Below are positions 48,913 through 51,565 of a DNA stretch of 51,565 bases, in pieces; positions within the stretch are counted from its first letter, which is position 1; every line of letters starts with the position of its first letter. The notes under the pieces are model-generated. The model was not told where the DNA came from, searched no databases, and was given only the letters and a program-made list of their open reading frames with translations. Location of the stretch: positions 1-51,565 of the forward strand of contig LRSL01000047.1 in assembly GCA_001563335.1 (NCBI GenBank). Direction: 5' to 3'. A program made the position numbers and the translations under genes. The DNA is from Candidatus Thorarchaeota archaeon SMTZ1-45 (lineage in GTDB: Archaea > Asgardarchaeota > Thorarchaeia > Thorarchaeales > Thorarchaeaceae).

Positions 48913-49002
48913 AATAGGTGAATCCTTGGCTGTGTTGCGTCGTAAACAAGTCATATAGATATGCTCTTTGTCTGTTGACTCAAATCAATTGAGGATGCAG
49001 AT

Positions 49003-49311
49003 ATGAAAGGAAGAGTGAAGATTACCGTAATCAAGACGTTTTCGCCAGAGGAGGTTTTCGGACACGAAATTCTGCGGGACGGTAAGCCAATCCAGGCCTG
49101 CAGCTATGAGGTGGGAGAAGAGTTCATCATGGACCATCACCTCAATAGACCCAAAGAGTTCTGTGGACAGGCGTGGCATGATCTCTATAATACTCTGATG
49201 ATATATTACTATGGCGGGGATTATGACTATCCTGAGCCTGGTGTAACTTACCAACCGTGTAGTGATGGGATAAGACCAGTCATCTTCAAAATAGAGAAAA
49301 TGAGGGAATAA
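49003..49311 (+). CDS. TIGR04076-like protein
   Basis: VKITVIK, C..YEVGEEF, FCGQAW, CSDGIRPVIFKIE. Confidence 0.85.
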   Translation: MKGRVKITVIKTFSPEEVFGHEILRDGKPIQACSYEVGEEFIMDHHLNRPKEFCGQAWHDLYNTLMIYYYGGDYDYPEPGVTYQPCSDGIRPVIFKIEKMRE

Positions 49312-49346
49312 ATAGTAGAAAATAAAGTCCAAGGCGGGATTCGATT

Positions 49347-49676
49347 TCATATTTGATTATTATATCGACCAGTGGGTTCAGTTCTCTGGCTAGTTCTGAT
49401 ATAGTCTATCACAGCCCAATACCATATTGCAAAAAAGACGATCATTAGGTAGTATCCGAATATGAGAAGAGTTCCACAAATAGCAATACCGATACCAGTC
49501 ACTGTTGTTTTAGCCCAAGATTTCTGTAGCCATACTGGTAGGCTTGTACAAAGAGATATTATTCCAAAAGCTATCACGAAGATTCCAAAAAGAGGAAGGA
49601 AAGTATATGGTTCTGTTATTGCAAGGTAATATATCTGAATACCACCATAGATTTGTAAAAGCCCTACTAGAACCAT
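49347..49676 (-). CDS. Hypothetical membrane protein
   Basis: 3-4 TM ORF; start uncertain. Confidence 0.6.
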   Translation of the reverse strand: MVLVGLLQIYGGIQIYYLAITEPYTFLPLFGIFVIAFGIISLCTSLPVWLQKSWAKTTVTGIGIAICGTLLIFGYYLMIVFFAIWYWAVIDYIRTSQRTEPTGRYNNQI

Positions 49677-49842
49677 TAAGATGGTAGCGTTCTTGACTCC
49701 TGAAGGCTTTACAATTTCACTCAGCGATGTTCCCTCAATTCGTTGTTTTCATCATCTTTTGTCTGAGGTCCTTGATAGTTTTTGCTACTTATGGTGGTTT
49801 GAAAATGGTTCAGACGGATGTTCGATAGATAGTAAGAGAAGG

Positions 49843-49912
49843 TGGAGCCCCAGGCGGGATTTGAATTCGCGCTCCATGGCGCAGACGTCCAGGGAGTCCC
49901 GCGGCCTCCTCC
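49843..49912 (-). pseudogene. Orphan 3' half of a tRNA (probably Thr; U73) with 32-nt intron at 53/54 (49866-49897)
   Basis: GGAGG-AGGCC-GCGGG[intron]TTCAAAT-CCCGC-CTGGGGC-T-CCA; no D-arm or 5' acceptor strand adjacent. Confidence 0.8.
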
Positions 49913-50009
49913 CTGAGGAGATACCACCATAATAGAGTGTGTAAAGTCAGAGATTTTATTATCTCTGCATGCTATCATCGATATATCACGGGAATAGGGA
50001 GTATTAGAT

Positions 50010-50750
50010 ATGCTTGATTATGATAGTGTGTCTGGCAAAGCCAAGTCGAGAGAACAAATCAGAATGCAGTTGATCATTGGTTCCATAGGGATTCCATTAC
50101 TGATTGTGTCAACATACTTGATGAGTTTCATTTTTTCTTTTGGTTCGTACAGTGATTACCGGACTATTTCCCGTATATTTAGCTACTACGCGAACATCAC
50201 TGGAGTAACAGGTGCAGCATTTACGCTAGTGGGGACTATCGGTATCCTTCAGAGAAACAGAAGTAGTCTGGCTTGGATTTTTGCTGGGGTGTACATTATT
50301 GGATGGATTTGGAGATTTGCATTTAGTCACGTGATTTTTCCAGGATTGTTTGCAATTGAGGGAATTGACTCTATCTTAGCTATAAGTGTTGTTTCCAATA
50401 TCTATGGTTACTCATTGATTGCTGTTTCTTTCTATGCTTGGTGGAGCATTCACAATGTTGTCGCAAATCGCTCTGTGTACTTTTCATATCTTTTTCTATA
50501 TACGACAGGGAGTGTTATTGCATATCTTGTAGGAGGACTGCTCTTTGGTTTTGGAGTTCATGTTATTTATAGTCCTGAGGAGTCATTTATGCTTGGAATG
50601 CCCAGTCTTATAATGACCACTTTGGAGTATCTTGTTCTCTTTCTATTCTTTATCAGTCAGCTGTTTGACTCTCGTAAAGATTCTAGAGATACCATTTTAC
50701 AAGACCTGGGGGAGTCAATTGGATTCCAGCACTCGCCACCTATGCTTTAG
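50010..50750 (+). CDS. Hypothetical multi-pass membrane protein
   Basis: 246 aa, about 6 TM; lies between the two tRNA 3'-end repeats. Confidence 0.75.
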   Translation: MLDYDSVSGKAKSREQIRMQLIIGSIGIPLLIVSTYLMSFIFSFGSYSDYRTISRIFSYYANITGVTGAAFTLVGTIGILQRNRSSLAWIFAGVYIIGWIWRFAFSHVIFPGLFAIEGIDSILAISVVSNIYGYSLIAVSFYAWWSIHNVVANRSVYFSYLFLYTTGSVIAYLVGGLLFGFGVHVIYSPEESFMLGMPSLIMTTLEYLVLFLFFISQLFDSRKDSRDTILQDLGESIGFQHSPPML

Positions 50751-50808
50751 GTTAATTCGACGATTGATATCAAGGACTGCTCAACAGGAGATCTGAGAAG
50801 CAGGAAAA

Positions 50809-50831
50809 GTGGAGCCCCAAGCGGGATTTGA
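50809..50831 (-). repeat. Second copy of the tRNA 3' end (att-like direct repeat)
   Basis: GTGGAGCCCCAAGCGGGATTTGA vs GTGGAGCCCCAGGCGGGATTTGA at 49842-49864 (22/23 identical). Confidence 0.85.
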
Positions 50832-51314
50832 TATGTGTTTTAGGTTACTTGTGCAGATGAGGTATTGAATACTAAAAGTTACGAAATTTGATTCTGGCGA
50901 CTTTAGAATGAAACAGGTACAAGAGTTCCATTCTGATCAACTGCCATAATCAAGTCATGTCCAGTAGATAGAATAGGAAAGTGAATTTCAATATTTAGAG
51001 ATTTTATCAACACCAATCCATTGGTTTTTTGTCCAAAACTAGCTGAATCCAATCCATATATTGAAGCACCTGTTTTATTTTCTGCTGAGTTACTGTGTTA
51101 ATATATTCAGTAGCAATAGCTGCTTTTTTCCAATAAGTAACGTATCGATAATCCCAGCAGACAGAAAGCGGCAATTGCAGGGGAAAGATTTCCTCTCTCT
51201 TCTATATTAGGATGATATTTCGACTAATTCCACGTTTAATCAAACATTTGCAATTAATGTTTCGGAGTTTAGACTCGAATCTAGAATTTGCGAAACAATT
51301 CATAGCGATAAGCT

Positions 51315-51565
51315 TCATCGTTTCTTGAGTTTCAATGCAATTAGTATGATGACAATAGCCATTAGTCCACTGATTCCTAGATATATTAGAATGTCAGGAG
51401 AATCCACTGCTGTAGGTGTTGTAGGTGCTGTAGTTGATATAGTTGCTTTTCCTTGGACTGAAACATTGAATGACTCAAGCATGAGCCCCTCCCCCCCACT
51501 ACAGATTTCAAATCCAGCTTCTACATCATGCAAATACCATGTTGAGTTGAGATATCCCCTACTTA
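51315..51565 (-). CDS. C-terminal part of a cell-surface protein (Thr/Pro linker, TM anchor, basic tail); start is off-window
   Basis: GFEICSGGEGL..ESFNV, TISTTAPTTPT, TM helix, KLKKR. Confidence 0.7.
   Translation of the reverse strand, partial: SRGYLNSTWYLHDVEAGFEICSGGEGLMLESFNVSVQGKATISTTAPTTPTAVDSPDILIYLGISGLMAIVIILIALKLKKR

Noticed and set aside
50840-51310. Small ORFs or pseudogene in the AT-rich gap
   Set aside because: Only a ~55-codon TTG-start frame with no recognisable motif; cannot be supported
1-51565. CRISPR array, transposase or integrase
   Set aside because: No regularly spaced repeats and no recognisable recombinase ORF in the window
1-51565. Selenoprotein (in-frame UGA + SECIS)
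   Set aside because: I saw no gene with homology continuing past a UGA; the redox proteins here use Cys codons

Overview
Archaeal chromosomal window, most likely from an Asgard archaeon such as Thorarchaeota. This is inferred from the divergent archaeal 16S, a longin-like domain protein and the archaeal informational genes, not from a database search. It starts inside a minus-strand 16S rRNA gene whose first 28 nt are tandemly duplicated. Most of the window is housekeeping or metabolic genes: valS, pyrH, polX, an HDAC/AcuC-family deacetylase, acs, trm1, rlmE, TFE-beta, gar1, srp19, pyrB, a GH13 glucosidase, transporters and methyltransferases. There are four complete tRNAs: Ala-CGC, Leu-CAA and Pro-TGG (both with 37/38 introns), and Ile-GAT with a non-canonical 59/60 intron. 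Highlights not explained by the ORF track: (1) a split PEP-utilising dikinase-like module (separate ATP-grasp and phospho-His genes) divergent from an uncharacterised 391-aa gene and a beta-barrel gene, flanked by ferredoxins and a membrane hydrolase; (2) an unannotated operon of three 34-38 aa peptides with its own TATA box, SD-like motifs and an upstream palindrome; (3) a stand-alone ~85-nt tRNA-like structured RNA candidate upstream of the 16S promoter, and a second structured RNA candidate near 37 kb; (4) an orphan 3' tRNA half carrying a 53/54 intron, plus a second copy of its 3' end, probably nested att sites at the edge of an island.
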